Part shown: positions 9,246-18,288 of the stretch, piece by piece | How positions within the stretch are numbered: the stretch's first letter is position 1 | Layout: each line of letters begins with the position of its first letter | Assembly (NCBI GenBank): GCA_945870655.1 | Contig: CAMBSX010000002.1 | Coordinates: 1 to 61,096 of the forward strand | Direction: 5' to 3' | Length of the DNA stretch: 61,096 nt | Source of the DNA: Chthoniobacter flavus | GTDB lineage: Bacteria; Verrucomicrobiota; Verrucomicrobiia; Chthoniobacterales; JACTMZ01 | Notes under the pieces: generated by a model | Database searches by the model: none | What the model was told of the DNA's origin: nothing | What the model saw: only the letters and a program-made list of their open reading frames with translations | Program-made: the position numbers and the translations under genes

Positions 9246-10757
9246 GTGAAAAGTTTCCTTCAGTTTCTTGTCTTTGTGCTGGTCATCACTTTGGCCCTGG
9301 CCGGTCTGTATGCTTGGAAGAGCGGACAGTTTGACCCGGCGGGCCGGGCCGCGGCTGCGCCGGCCACGCACGCCTTGCCTGCGGTGCAACCTGCGCTTGG
9401 CGCGGGTTCTTTGCCGGGGTTGGCCGCCTTGGACGCGGAATTCGGGCGACTGGCCGAGGCGGTTATTCCTTCCGTGGTGAGCATCACGGCGCGGCGCGGC
9501 GGCACGGCGGACCCGCGAGAGGAATTTTTGCGTCAGCTCTTTGGTATGCGCCGGCAGATGCCTCCGGAGACATTTCCGCAGGGCTCGGGGGCGATCATTT
9601 CCAAGGAGGGCCACGTGGTGACCAACCTCCACGTCATCGAAGGGGCCAGCGAGGTTGTCGCCACCTTGAGCGACGGGCGGCGCCTCCCCACCAAATTGCT
9701 CGGCTATGACGAAACCCTCGACATCGCGGTGATGAAAATCGAAGCCGAGCACCTGCGTCCTCTGGCTTTTGCCGACTCAGAGGAGGTGCGTGCCGGACAG
9801 CTGGTTTTCGCGGTGGGAAATCCCTTCGGTCTGCAGGAGACCATCACCCAAGGTATCATCAGTGCCCGGGAGAGGTTGTTTGCCAGCGAAACGGACAAAG
9901 AATTTTTCCAGACCGATGCTCCGATCAATCCCGGCAACTCCGGCGGTCCTCTGGTTAATATCCGCGGCGAGATTGTCGGCATCAACAACTTCATTTTCTC
10001 GCAATCGGGGGGCAGCCAGGGTATCGGCTTTGCCATCCCGTCGAACGCGGTCCGCCGTGTGGTCGACAACATCCTTCGTCCGGGCGGTGCGGCGCGCCCC
10101 GTGCTCGGCGTGGTCCTGCGCCCTTTGGACGACGTTTCCGCCGCGCGCTTCGGTCTGGCCGATGCGCGCGGCGCATTGGTTGACGCGGTGGGTCCGGATT
10201 CGCCGGCCGCCCAGGCAGGTATCCGGCCCGGTGACCTTATCCTCAAGTTCAACGGTCGCGAGATCCGCGACTTCGGTGAATTGCGGCGGCGGGTGGCACA
10301 ATCGAAGATCGGCGAGCCGCTGGATGTCGAACTACTGCGCGACGGCAAAAAGGTTTCCTTGCAGGTCCGCCTGGCTGAAGAACCGCGCTCGGGACGCACG
10401 GCGTTGCCGGCGCCACCCGCGGGCGGCGTGGTGCCGCAGCCGGTCCCCGCGCAGCCACCTGCCGCGGCCGGGCAGAGTGCACTGGGCGGAGTCGTCGTGA
10501 CGGGTGTCACAGCGGCTCTGATCCGGCGTTTCGACCTGCCGGAGAATCTTGACGGAGTGATCGTGCAGTCGGTGCTGCCGGGGTCGGCGGCCGAGGGTGT
10601 GTTGCAACCGGGTGACGCGATCGAGCAGGTCAATGATACGGCGGTGGCCACGGAGGACGACTTTGCGGCGGCGGTGGCCGCGCTGACCCCGGGTGAGCGG
10701 GCCATAGTGTTGCTCTCGCGCGGCCCGGCCCGTTCCTTCGCGGTGGTGGGGCCTTGA
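9246..10757 (+). CDS. htrA: Periplasmic serine endoprotease, HtrA/DegP/DegQ family, with two PDZ domains
   Basis: N-terminal TM/signal segment. Trypsin-like core with TNLHVIEG, DIAVMKI and the catalytic-Ser motif GNSGGPLVN. Two PDZ-like segments follow (GALVDAVGPDSPAAQAGIRPGDLILKFNG and GVIVQSVLPGSAAEGVLQPGDAIEQVND). GTG start. Confidence 0.9.
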   Translation: MKSFLQFLVFVLVITLALAGLYAWKSGQFDPAGRAAAAPATHALPAVQPALGAGSLPGLAALDAEFGRLAEAVIPSVVSITARRGGTADPREEFLRQLFGMRRQMPPETFPQGSGAIISKEGHVVTNLHVIEGASEVVATLSDGRRLPTKLLGYDETLDIAVMKIEAEHLRPLAFADSEEVRAGQLVFAVGNPFGLQETITQGIISARERLFASETDKEFFQTDAPINPGNSGGPLVNIRGEIVGINNFIFSQSGGSQGIGFAIPSNAVRRVVDNILRPGGAARPVLGVVLRPLDDVSAARFGLADARGALVDAVGPDSPAAQAGIRPGDLILKFNGREIRDFGELRRRVAQSKIGEPLDVELLRDGKKVSLQVRLAEEPRSGRTALPAPPAGGVVPQPVPAQPPAAAGQSALGGVVVTGVTAALIRRFDLPENLDGVIVQSVLPGSAAEGVLQPGDAIEQVNDTAVATEDDFAAAVAALTPGERAIVLLSRGPARSFAVVGP

Positions 10758-10815
10758 AGGCGGGGATTGACCATCGTTGACTTGCAGGGTGGCCAATCGG
10801 CATGCTGGCGGATCG

Positions 10816-11781
10816 ATGAAAACCCCCGTGGGCGCGACATTTGTGGTGGCAGCCAGCCTTCTTGGGGTGGCGGCCGTGGTGCAATTGGTGGCCATTCTGA
10901 TTTATTTCGGGCCGGGTTTTTCTGCGACCCGTCCGGAAGTGGTCGCGGTCGCACCGCTACCAACACCCGAGCCCGCCGAGCCCGAAATGAGCCCCGTTCC
11001 GCCCGCCGAAACGGCCGACATGGCGGCAGAGAAGATGCGTCTCGAGGAATTGATGCGCGAGGTGGAAGCGCTCGAGCAGGGCCCATCGCCGGATGCCGCG
11101 CTGGTTCCCCTCGAAGAAGCGGCCAGCTTGCAGCCGCGCAACCCGGACGTGCTTTCGCGGCTGGCCAGTCTGCATGAAAAACTAGGACAAATCGAACTGG
11201 CCCAAGGGGCCTGGAAGAGTGTCCTCGACCTAGGTCCGGAGGCGGGACGATTCCTCGAGGTCGCAGAGATCCGCCTGCGGCTCCTGCGGCCGGAAGGACA
11301 GGCCTCGGGCGGCAGCGCATTGCGTGATCAGGTCGGCTTGCAACCGGGCTCCACGCTCGGAGTGGTCGATCTCACGGTCAAGGAAGCGGCGGACAAGGGG
11401 ACAAAAGATTTGCGCTTGGCGGTCAAGGCGCGTCCCGGTGAGGCGATCGACGGCCGCGATGTTCGGATCAATGTGACTTTCTATGAGATGCAGGACGGCG
11501 AACCTGTTCCGACCACAAGCCGCGTCCAATCGATGTGGTTCACCACGCCGGTGGACTGGAAGGACGAGGGGATAGAAATCCTCGAGGTCAAATACGAGGT
11601 GCCGCGCCTAGCCGCGGATGGCGGTCCGCCGCCGCCGTACTACGGCTACATGGTCAATATCTACCACCGCGGGCAACTGCAGGAGACGCGGGCCGACCCG
11701 GTAGACTTGCAGGAATTGTTCCCGCCACCTCTGAGCGAGTTGCCCGATTCCGGCGCTGCGGGTGATGCCGTCGAGCCGTGA
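10816..11781 (+). CDS. Hypothetical membrane-anchored protein (N-terminal TM, Pro-rich linker, helical TPR-like segment, beta-rich C-terminal domain)
   Basis: Start taken at ATG 10816 (MKTPVGATFVVAASLLGVAAVVQLVAILIYF). G/C-rich third positions throughout. The stop TGA 11779-11781 shares one nt with the ATG of the next gene. No family recognised. Confidence 0.6.
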   Translation: MKTPVGATFVVAASLLGVAAVVQLVAILIYFGPGFSATRPEVVAVAPLPTPEPAEPEMSPVPPAETADMAAEKMRLEELMREVEALEQGPSPDAALVPLEEAASLQPRNPDVLSRLASLHEKLGQIELAQGAWKSVLDLGPEAGRFLEVAEIRLRLLRPEGQASGGSALRDQVGLQPGSTLGVVDLTVKEAADKGTKDLRLAVKARPGEAIDGRDVRINVTFYEMQDGEPVPTTSRVQSMWFTTPVDWKDEGIEILEVKYEVPRLAADGGPPPPYYGYMVNIYHRGQLQETRADPVDLQELFPPPLSELPDSGAAGDAVEP

Positions 11782-13736
11782 TGAAGATTCTTCTCGTCGA
11801 TGACGAGGCCCAGGTCCTTGAAGCTTGGCAAGCGTTGCTCGAGGGGGTCGGGGCTTGCCAGGTGCGCATCGCCGCGGTCGGGGGTGAAGCTTTGCAGAAG
11901 GCGCGGGCTTGGGGCGGCCCGGATGTCTTGGTCACCGATGTGGTCATGGCTCCGATGGACGGTGTGCGCCTGCACGAAATGCTGAGCAAAGAGTTTCCGG
12001 CCATGCGCACGGTTTTTGTCAGTGGCTATGATCTCGCCGGCTACGCTGGCCGGTTGGCCGGGGCGACGGTGCTGGCCAAGCCGGTCACGGTGGAGGATTT
12101 GGCCGCGGCCGTCGGTCTGAATGCCGCGCCGGCGTCCGCCTCTCCAGGTGACCCGGTTGTCGGGGAGACTCTCGGCTCCTACTATTTGCAGGAGTTCGCG
12201 GGACGGAACGGTGCGATTTGCCATTACCTGGCATGGCAGCAGGCCATGTCGCGCCATGTCATGCTGCACCTTCTGGTCAACCATCCGGACCTGCCGGCGG
12301 GGGCTGTCGCGGAATTTCTGGCCGATGCGCGTGCCAAAGCCGCAGTCACTCACCCCTGTCTGCTTGCGGTGCACGAAGCGGGGGAGGTAAACGGGCACAG
12401 TTTTTACACTTCCGATCTTGTGCCGGGCCACACGCTCGCCGCTTATGCAGAAGCGGCCCAGATATTGGACGACCGGGTTTTGCTCAATGCGCTGCGCACG
12501 ACGGCGGAGGTGTCCGGTTATTGCAAAGAGCAAGGGTTGGCGCGGCGGGCTATTACGCCATCCGACATCGTCCTCGATGCCGCCATGCGGCCACGTTTGT
12601 CCAACGTGGCACAAAGCACGCCCGGGGAAACCGATGAACCGGCCGAGGTACGGACCATGGCCGCAACGGTGGCGGCCTTGGCGGCAGCGGATGGTCCGGC
12701 GGCACGGGTGGCGTCCGCGTTGGCCGCCAACGCGCAGCAGGGATGGGCGGCCGCTCTGCCTTTGGTGGCAGCGGCCCAGCCGGCCGTGGTGCCGAAGGAC
12801 GCGGAACGGCTCACCGCACGCACGGAAAAATCCCGCCAATTGCTGGATCAAGCGCGTGAGCAGCAAAAAAAGCGTCTCCTTGTCACGGCGGCCCTTTCTT
12901 GCGTGCTCTTGGCGGTCGGATCCGTGGCCCTCTGGAAATTCCTCGGCGGAGGCACGTCCGCCATCGAGTCACGTCTGGTCGAGGTCCCGGCCGGCGAATT
13001 TGTTTACGGTGACGGCGAGAAGGTCAGCCTCCCGACTTTCTGGATCGAGGAACATGAAGTGAGCATCGCGGATTACAAAGAATTTCTCGACTACCTCGAA
13101 GCAAATCCGGGTGAGGCGGCCAAATTCGCGCACCCCGACATGCCCCAAGGCAAAGGCCACACACCTTTGGACTGGGCGGATAACGAGCAACTCGATCCGC
13201 CGATGCCCGGTTACTATACGCGCGCGGTGCGGTGGAAGAAATACAAGGACGCCGCACTTGATATCAACTCGCCCGTCTTCAATGTCGATTGGTACGACGC
13301 TTACGCTTATGCCAAGTGGAAAGGCCGGCGTTTGCCGACCGAGCAGGAGTGGGAAAAAGCAGCGCGCGGGACAGACGGTCGCAAGTACCCTTGGGGCCAC
13401 GAGGAGGATCCGGCTCGGGTGAGCAGCGGACATGATTTCGACCCCAATCCCAAAAAAGGCGGTGGTGTTGACGGATACAAGCGTTGGTCCCCGGTCAACC
13501 TGCCGCCGGGCGACGCCGGTCCCTACGGGGCGCGCGGCATGGCCGGCAATGTCTCCGAATGGACCGCCACGATGGCTCCCCACGAAGGCGGGATGGGCGG
13601 GGAGGTTCCGGTCATCCGCGGGGGAAATTGGGGAAACCCCGAGCACCAACTTACCCGCCGCCGTGCGGTGCTGGACCCCCTGCAATCGCAAGATACACTC
13701 GGTTTCAGAACCGTCTCCGACACCCCACCCCAATGA
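11781..13736 (+). CDS. Receiver (REC) - degenerate Ser/Thr-kinase-like - TM - FGE/SUMF1-like domain protein
   Basis: REC signature: MKILLVDDE ... DVLVTDVVMAPMDG ... VFVSGY ... LAKPV. A kinase-fold segment (about aa 128-335) lacks the catalytic residues. TM segment LLVTAALSCVLLAVGSVALWKFL. FGE-sulfatase-type domain: VEVPAGEFVYGDGEKVSLPTFWIEEHEVSIADYKEF, NVDWYDAYAYAKWKGRRLPTEQEWEKAARG, GMAGNVSEWT, RGGNWGNP. Confidence 0.8.
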   Translation: MKILLVDDEAQVLEAWQALLEGVGACQVRIAAVGGEALQKARAWGGPDVLVTDVVMAPMDGVRLHEMLSKEFPAMRTVFVSGYDLAGYAGRLAGATVLAKPVTVEDLAAAVGLNAAPASASPGDPVVGETLGSYYLQEFAGRNGAICHYLAWQQAMSRHVMLHLLVNHPDLPAGAVAEFLADARAKAAVTHPCLLAVHEAGEVNGHSFYTSDLVPGHTLAAYAEAAQILDDRVLLNALRTTAEVSGYCKEQGLARRAITPSDIVLDAAMRPRLSNVAQSTPGETDEPAEVRTMAATVAALAAADGPAARVASALAANAQQGWAAALPLVAAAQPAVVPKDAERLTARTEKSRQLLDQAREQQKKRLLVTAALSCVLLAVGSVALWKFLGGGTSAIESRLVEVPAGEFVYGDGEKVSLPTFWIEEHEVSIADYKEFLDYLEANPGEAAKFAHPDMPQGKGHTPLDWADNEQLDPPMPGYYTRAVRWKKYKDAALDINSPVFNVDWYDAYAYAKWKGRRLPTEQEWEKAARGTDGRKYPWGHEEDPARVSSGHDFDPNPKKGGGVDGYKRWSPVNLPPGDAGPYGARGMAGNVSEWTATMAPHEGGMGGEVPVIRGGNWGNPEHQLTRRRAVLDPLQSQDTLGFRTVSDTPPQ

Positions 13737-14632
13737 GCCGCAATTTTCCAGCCTGGATAGTCTTGATCGTCGGCCTTCTGTTGTCATCCGGTGCCGTCGA
13801 GGAGGCTGCGGCGCAGGTGAGGGTCGATATTGCGTTCAAGCGCAAACTCTACGTGATGTATGAGCCGCTCATCGCCACCGTGACGATCAACAATCTCAGC
13901 GGCCGGCCGTTGCTGTTGGAAAATTCCGACCACCATCGCTGGTTCGGCTTCAATATCGAATCGGCGGATGGACGGATCATTCCGCCGATCAATGCTGACT
14001 ACGCTCTCGCCGCCGCCGCGGTCGGACCGGGGGAAAAGCTGACGCGTTCGGTCAATCTCACCCCGCTTTTCCCGCTGCATGAATTCGGGCTCTACCGGGT
14101 GAAGGCGTCGGTTTATGTGGCGGCTTTTGCCCGGTATTTCAGCTCTCCTCCTCTGGCTGTGGAAATCACCGACGGCCGGCCGATTTGGCAGGAGGTGGTC
14201 GGTCTGCCGGGAAATGAAGGCGAACCCGACCTGCGCACCATCACGCTGCTTTCGCACAAGCTTTCACGCAGCACGCGGCTTTACGTGCGGATTGAGAATC
14301 GCGAGAAGGGGCGCGTCTATGCCACCCATCAGCTCGGCCAATTCCTTACGTTCGGCCGTCCCGAGGTCTTGCTCGACGTGGACAACCAGATCCACATCCT
14401 GCAAAACACCTTGCCCAAGCAGTTCCTTTACACCCATCTCGGGCTGAGCGGCGAGGTGCTCGCCCAGCAGGCCTTCAACGATGCCGGTTCGCGTCCCAGA
14501 CTGGTCAAGGAGGCGGGAGGGACAGTCAAGGTTGCCGGTGGCCGCCCTTTCACTCCCGGCGTGGAGGACCCGCAAGAGGAAGCCACGACCGACAAGCTGG
14601 GGGACCGTCCGGTGCCGTTGCCCGGTTCCTGA
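13733..14632 (+). CDS. Hypothetical secreted beta-rich protein
   Basis: ATG 13733 overlaps the upstream stop (ATGA, 13733-13736). Signal peptide MSRNFPAWIVLIVGLLLSSGAVEEAAAQ. The 83 aa upstream in track ORF 13484..14632 overlap the preceding gene and are rejected. No family recognised. Confidence 0.65.
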   Translation: MSRNFPAWIVLIVGLLLSSGAVEEAAAQVRVDIAFKRKLYVMYEPLIATVTINNLSGRPLLLENSDHHRWFGFNIESADGRIIPPINADYALAAAAVGPGEKLTRSVNLTPLFPLHEFGLYRVKASVYVAAFARYFSSPPLAVEITDGRPIWQEVVGLPGNEGEPDLRTITLLSHKLSRSTRLYVRIENREKGRVYATHQLGQFLTFGRPEVLLDVDNQIHILQNTLPKQFLYTHLGLSGEVLAQQAFNDAGSRPRLVKEAGGTVKVAGGRPFTPGVEDPQEEATTDKLGDRPVPLPGS

Positions 14633-14709
14633 CCAATCCGAAAAGCCTTGCACCACCCCTGCGCCGCTCGTTAGTGTCCCGCCCCCTTTCAAACGGAAGT
14701 ATTCAATCC

Positions 14710-15429
14710 ATGGCCGCCGCAAAAAAGAAAAAGACCCCCGCCAAGCCTGTCAAAAAATCGGCGGCTAAAAGCAAGCCCGTGCCCGCCAAGAAAAAGGCGG
14801 CCCCGGCGAAGAAGAAACCTCTTTCGGCCAAAGTCCCGGCCAAAAAAGCGGCCAAGTCCCTTCCCCAAGCTCCGGCCCGGAAAGGTCCCGCAACCAAAGC
14901 TCCGCTGGTCGGGACGCGTGATATGCTGGCCTTCGGTCAGCCTGTCTCCAAGGAGCGCCGCCTCAATCCGTGGATGAAAAAGCAGCAACTGCGCCTGCTC
15001 GCCTTGAAGGACACGCTGCTTGATTCCATGACCGGCGTGGCCCGCGACAATTTGCGCACCGGCCACGATGCCCATGAGGCCTCCGCCCACGGCTTGCACC
15101 AAGCCGACGCCGGCAGCGACTCTTACGACCGTGATTTTGCGCTCAACCTCCTCTCCCAGGAGCAGGATGCGCTTTTCGAGATCGACGAGGCTCTGAAACG
15201 CATCGCCAAAGGCGCCTACGGCACTTGCGAGATGAGCGGCAAATCCATTCCCAAAGCCCGCCTCGAGGCTCGGCCCTTCGCGCGATTCACCGTGGAATGT
15301 CAGAGCGAAATCGAGCGCAAAAACCGGCACAGCCGTTTCCGTCAACCCGTCGCACGTCTTTTTGATTCGACCGACGATGAAGGCGGCGATGATGCCGACG
15401 AAGAACCATCGGCGGAAAACAAGGAGTAA
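14710..15429 (+). CDS. DksA/TraR-family protein with a Lys/Ala/Pro-rich histone-H1-like N-terminal tail and an acidic C-terminal tail; only 2 of the 4 zinc-finger Cys are present
   Basis: ATG 14710 ([37 protein letters not shown]...). DksA-like coiled coil ([30 protein letters not shown]). The finger region reads [28 protein letters not shown], where the classical form is CxxC-x17-CxxC. Confidence 0.8.
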   Translation: MAAAKKKKTPAKPVKKSAAKSKPVPAKKKAAPAKKKPLSAKVPAKKAAKSLPQAPARKGPATKAPLVGTRDMLAFGQPVSKERRLNPWMKKQQLRLLALKDTLLDSMTGVARDNLRTGHDAHEASAHGLHQADAGSDSYDRDFALNLLSQEQDALFEIDEALKRIAKGAYGTCEMSGKSIPKARLEARPFARFTVECQSEIERKNRHSRFRQPVARLFDSTDDEGGDDADEEPSAENKE

Positions 15430-15436
15430 CCAATAT

Positions 15437-15610
15437 ATGCCACAGGAAATCATCACCCTTGAGTGTACGGAGGCGAAAGCCGAAGGAATGCCGGTCTCGC
15501 GCTACATGAGCAAGCGCAACAAGAAGAGCCCGCGCACACCCAACCGTCTCGAGAAAAAGAAATACAACCCTCATCTCCGCCGCCACACGCTGCACCGCGA
15601 GACCAAGTAA
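15437..15610 (+). CDS. rpmG: 50S ribosomal protein L33 (Cys-depleted, C-minus type)
   Basis: 57 aa: [57 protein letters not shown], with the L33 C-terminal signature (L-E-K/R-K-K-Y-x-P-x-x-R-x-H-x-x-H-R/K-E). AAGGAG lies at 15421-15426. The upstream part of track ORF 15362..15610 overlaps the DksA-like gene. Confidence 0.9.
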   Translation: MPQEIITLECTEAKAEGMPVSRYMSKRNKKSPRTPNRLEKKKYNPHLRRHTLHRETK

Positions 15611-15616
15611 CCCGAC

Positions 15617-15856
15617 ATGCAACCCAAGACACCCAAACGCCGCGCTGCCATGCGCCGGGCCAACCGCCCGATGCCCCGCCGCCGCATCGACCTCCCGGTC
15701 GAAGCCATCGATTACAAAAACCCCGAGCTGCTCCGCCGATTCGTCACCGAAACTGGCAAAATTCTCCCCCGCCGTCTCACCGGCGTGCCGGCCCACCTGC
15801 ACCGTCGCATCACGCGCGCGATCAAGCGGGCTCGCTCCGTCTTGCTCCTCAAGTAG
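15617..15856 (+). CDS. rpsR: 30S ribosomal protein S18 (no Cys)
   Basis: 79 aa with the S18 core [48 protein letters not shown]. It starts 6 nt after rpmG. Confidence 0.9.
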   Translation: MQPKTPKRRAAMRRANRPMPRRRIDLPVEAIDYKNPELLRRFVTETGKILPRRLTGVPAHLHRRITRAIKRARSVLLLK

Positions 15857-18254
15857 CGGACGGGTCCCCGGTCTCTTCCTCCCTCGCTGGCTGCTCCTCC
15901 GGCCTCGAAGGTCCCTTGGGCAGTGCCTTGGGCCGCCATTGCGGGTCGGATAGCTTTCCGTCCGACACGTACTCAAGCAGTTTGCTCACCGGGTAAAGCA
16001 AGAGCCCGGGGACGCCCTGCGCGTTGATGCGCACCGAGAAATCCATGGCGTCACGCAGGTAAAAGAGCGAACCTTGGCCGATCATGCTGAAGCCCTGGCC
16101 GGTGACATCGAGGTTGTCCGTTCGAATCTCACCGCCGGCCACGCGGAAGTCGCAGGTCGCCCGTCTCGCCGTCTGGTAACCGGTGCCCGGCACGATGCTC
16201 CCGAGGACCGCGGAAAGCGGGCCCAGAACCGGAATGGCGAATACATCGCCGTTCTCGACCAGCAGATCGCCCCGGCCCTGCATGAGTTTCGGGGAACCGG
16301 GAACGAAGCTGAACTTGTACTGTCCGCTGACCAAGCCTTTTGAACCTTTGTAATCGAAGTAAAGGCCGGTCAATGTTTCGAAGTCGACAGAGTTGAGTTC
16401 CACGTCCACCCGTTGCGGCACGCCGGGCTGGCCCGTACTGATCTCGGCCGCGATTCGCGCCGAACCGCCGAAGAGCCGAGCGGACGGCACCTCAACTTTG
16501 ATTTTCCGGCCGGTGAACTCGAGGGAACCGCTGGTCGCGCCGAAATTCAACGTGCGGTCGAGCAAGTCATAGTCGAGGCCCCCTGGCGCGTTGAAATTTG
16601 CCCAGAGGCGGGTCCGCGTGGGGTCCTCGAGGCCGATGACGCCGCCAACCGTGACTTCGGGGGGTGCTTTGAAGCGGTAAGGCTTGGTTTCGGGTGCAAT
16701 TTTGGGATCGGCCCACTGGAGAACGTGGAAAACGTTCATCGTGCTGCGGATGCCTTCGAGACGCACCTGTCGGCGTTTGAAGTCATAAGTGAAAGCCCCG
16801 GACCCCGAGCCTTCGGGGCGGTTGACTTTGATATTGCTCAGGGTGAGCGCGCGGTCAGCAAAGGAAAGGTCGGCCGAAGCATTCTCCATCGGCGAATCGT
16901 GGATTGAAGTGCGCCCGAGTTCCATTTGTCCGGTGGCGCTGAGGTGAGCGATATCCAACTTGGAGCCGCGCGCCTCGAAGCGGACAGACGGACGGTCGGT
17001 CAGTTTGAGATCCAGCTTGGCCACCCCTTGCCGGTCGCGCTCGTTGAGCAATGCGGCCAGAGGAAGGGGATCGGCCCGGCAGTCGACGCGCAGGCGCACA
17101 TCGCCGGGGCGCATCATGAAGTCGCTGCGGATTTCCCCGCCGTCCAGCCCGATGACGGCGTCGCTGATGTAGAGCTGGCCATCCCGCCAGGCGAACCCGC
17201 CGGCCAGAGAGTCGAACTTCACGCCGCGGAAAGAAAACCCACCGGCTTCGACCGTGCCCAGCACTTGCCCGCGGCGGGGTTCGCCCGGCTCGATCTCCAG
17301 ATTGCCTTGCACAGTCGGCGGAGTGGCAAAGGATAATACTTCCCACGGTCCGCCGGGACGCCACTCCGCCAGCCACGGCGCCGGATCGAGACTGGAACTC
17401 CAATCGGCCCGCCCGCGTCCGGTCGCCATGTTCCACTGGCCCGAGAGGTCGAAGCTGCCGTTTTTGGCATCGCGCGCCGCAAGGCGCTGTACGGAAAGGA
17501 TGCGGTCCGCGTAGGCGGCATCTAAACGGATGTCGCGTAAGCGCACCTTGCCGTAGTTGGCCTCGGCGGCGAGCAGGCGGATGCGCGGCAGTTGCAGCGA
17601 ATCGGGTTGGCCGGCGCGGGCCGTGAAGTCCAGTTGCAACTCGGGGGGATTTTTTCCGAAATCCAGTGCCTCGATGATTTCCAAAACGCGGGCCAGCTCT
17701 TGCGGAATGACCAACGGGGCACCATCGCCCGCCGGGCCGTCCAGCGCGACTTGCCCGCTGGCGACCACATTGATGCCTTGCAGGTTGAAGCGGGCCAGCG
17801 GCACGCTGACGACCCTGTCGGAAAGAATCAGCCGGGCCCGGGCTTTGGTTAGGCGCAATATGTGGGCCACGCCTTCCGACCCCGACAAGGGGAGAAAAAG
17901 TTGGGCGCCTCGCAGGTCGAGGGCATTCAGCTCGACCTGGCCGCCCATCAGTTGCCGCCAGTCGAGAGCGACGGCCGCGCGGTCGACCGCGACCTCTGGC
18001 TTGTCGGGAAGTGTTTCGGAGCGCAGCCTCACCTTGTCGAGGACGAGACCCTCGAGGGGGCTGAGTCTCATGCGCTCGAATTGCAAAGCGAGCCCGGCCC
18101 GCGCCGCGGCGTCGAGCAGCAGGGGGTGCAATGCGCGGGGCAGCCCGCTGAAATGCAGAATGATCAGCGCGCCCGGGACGACGAGAAGAAAGAAGACCTG
18201 GGCGACACGCAGAAGAGTCTTCAGCGTGTGGTGCGTAAGGATCCGCCAAGACAT
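15849..18254 (-). CDS. Large membrane-anchored envelope protein, AsmA/TamB-like (tentative)
   Basis: 801 aa with N-terminal [21 protein letters not shown]. It is long and beta-rich, with repetitive segments of the type 'L.L....G.G.F...' and a C-terminal region ([25 protein letters not shown] ... [36 protein letters not shown]) reminiscent of AsmA-family C-termini. The CDS itself is well supported; the family call is not. Its 3' end overlaps rpsR by 8 nt (convergent). Confidence 0.6.
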   Translation of the reverse strand: MSWRILTHHTLKTLLRVAQVFFLLVVPGALIILHFSGLPRALHPLLLDAAARAGLALQFERMRLSPLEGLVLDKVRLRSETLPDKPEVAVDRAAVALDWRQLMGGQVELNALDLRGAQLFLPLSGSEGVAHILRLTKARARLILSDRVVSVPLARFNLQGINVVASGQVALDGPAGDGAPLVIPQELARVLEIIEALDFGKNPPELQLDFTARAGQPDSLQLPRIRLLAAEANYGKVRLRDIRLDAAYADRILSVQRLAARDAKNGSFDLSGQWNMATGRGRADWSSSLDPAPWLAEWRPGGPWEVLSFATPPTVQGNLEIEPGEPRRGQVLGTVEAGGFSFRGVKFDSLAGGFAWRDGQLYISDAVIGLDGGEIRSDFMMRPGDVRLRVDCRADPLPLAALLNERDRQGVAKLDLKLTDRPSVRFEARGSKLDIAHLSATGQMELGRTSIHDSPMENASADLSFADRALTLSNIKVNRPEGSGSGAFTYDFKRRQVRLEGIRSTMNVFHVLQWADPKIAPETKPYRFKAPPEVTVGGVIGLEDPTRTRLWANFNAPGGLDYDLLDRTLNFGATSGSLEFTGRKIKVEVPSARLFGGSARIAAEISTGQPGVPQRVDVELNSVDFETLTGLYFDYKGSKGLVSGQYKFSFVPGSPKLMQGRGDLLVENGDVFAIPVLGPLSAVLGSIVPGTGYQTARRATCDFRVAGGEIRTDNLDVTGQGFSMIGQGSLFYLRDAMDFSVRINAQGVPGLLLYPVSKLLEYVSDGKLSDPQWRPKALPKGPSRPEEQPAREEETGDPSAT

Positions 18255-18288
18255 GGGTCAATTAGGGTATCAACGTGCCGTCCGCTTG

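Noticed and set aside
9704-11320. 538-aa minus-strand ORF spanning the htrA 3' half and the first gene of the hypothetical operon
   Set aside because: It is antisense to the GNSGGP-containing protease gene. Its composition is P/R/S/A-rich with no motif.
16855-18261. 468-aa minus-strand ORF in an alternative frame of the AsmA-like gene, and plus-strand ORF 17557..18792
   Set aside because: Both are Arg/Pro/Gly-rich frames overlapping a long ORF that has a normal amino-acid composition, an N-terminal TM helix and G/C-rich third positions.
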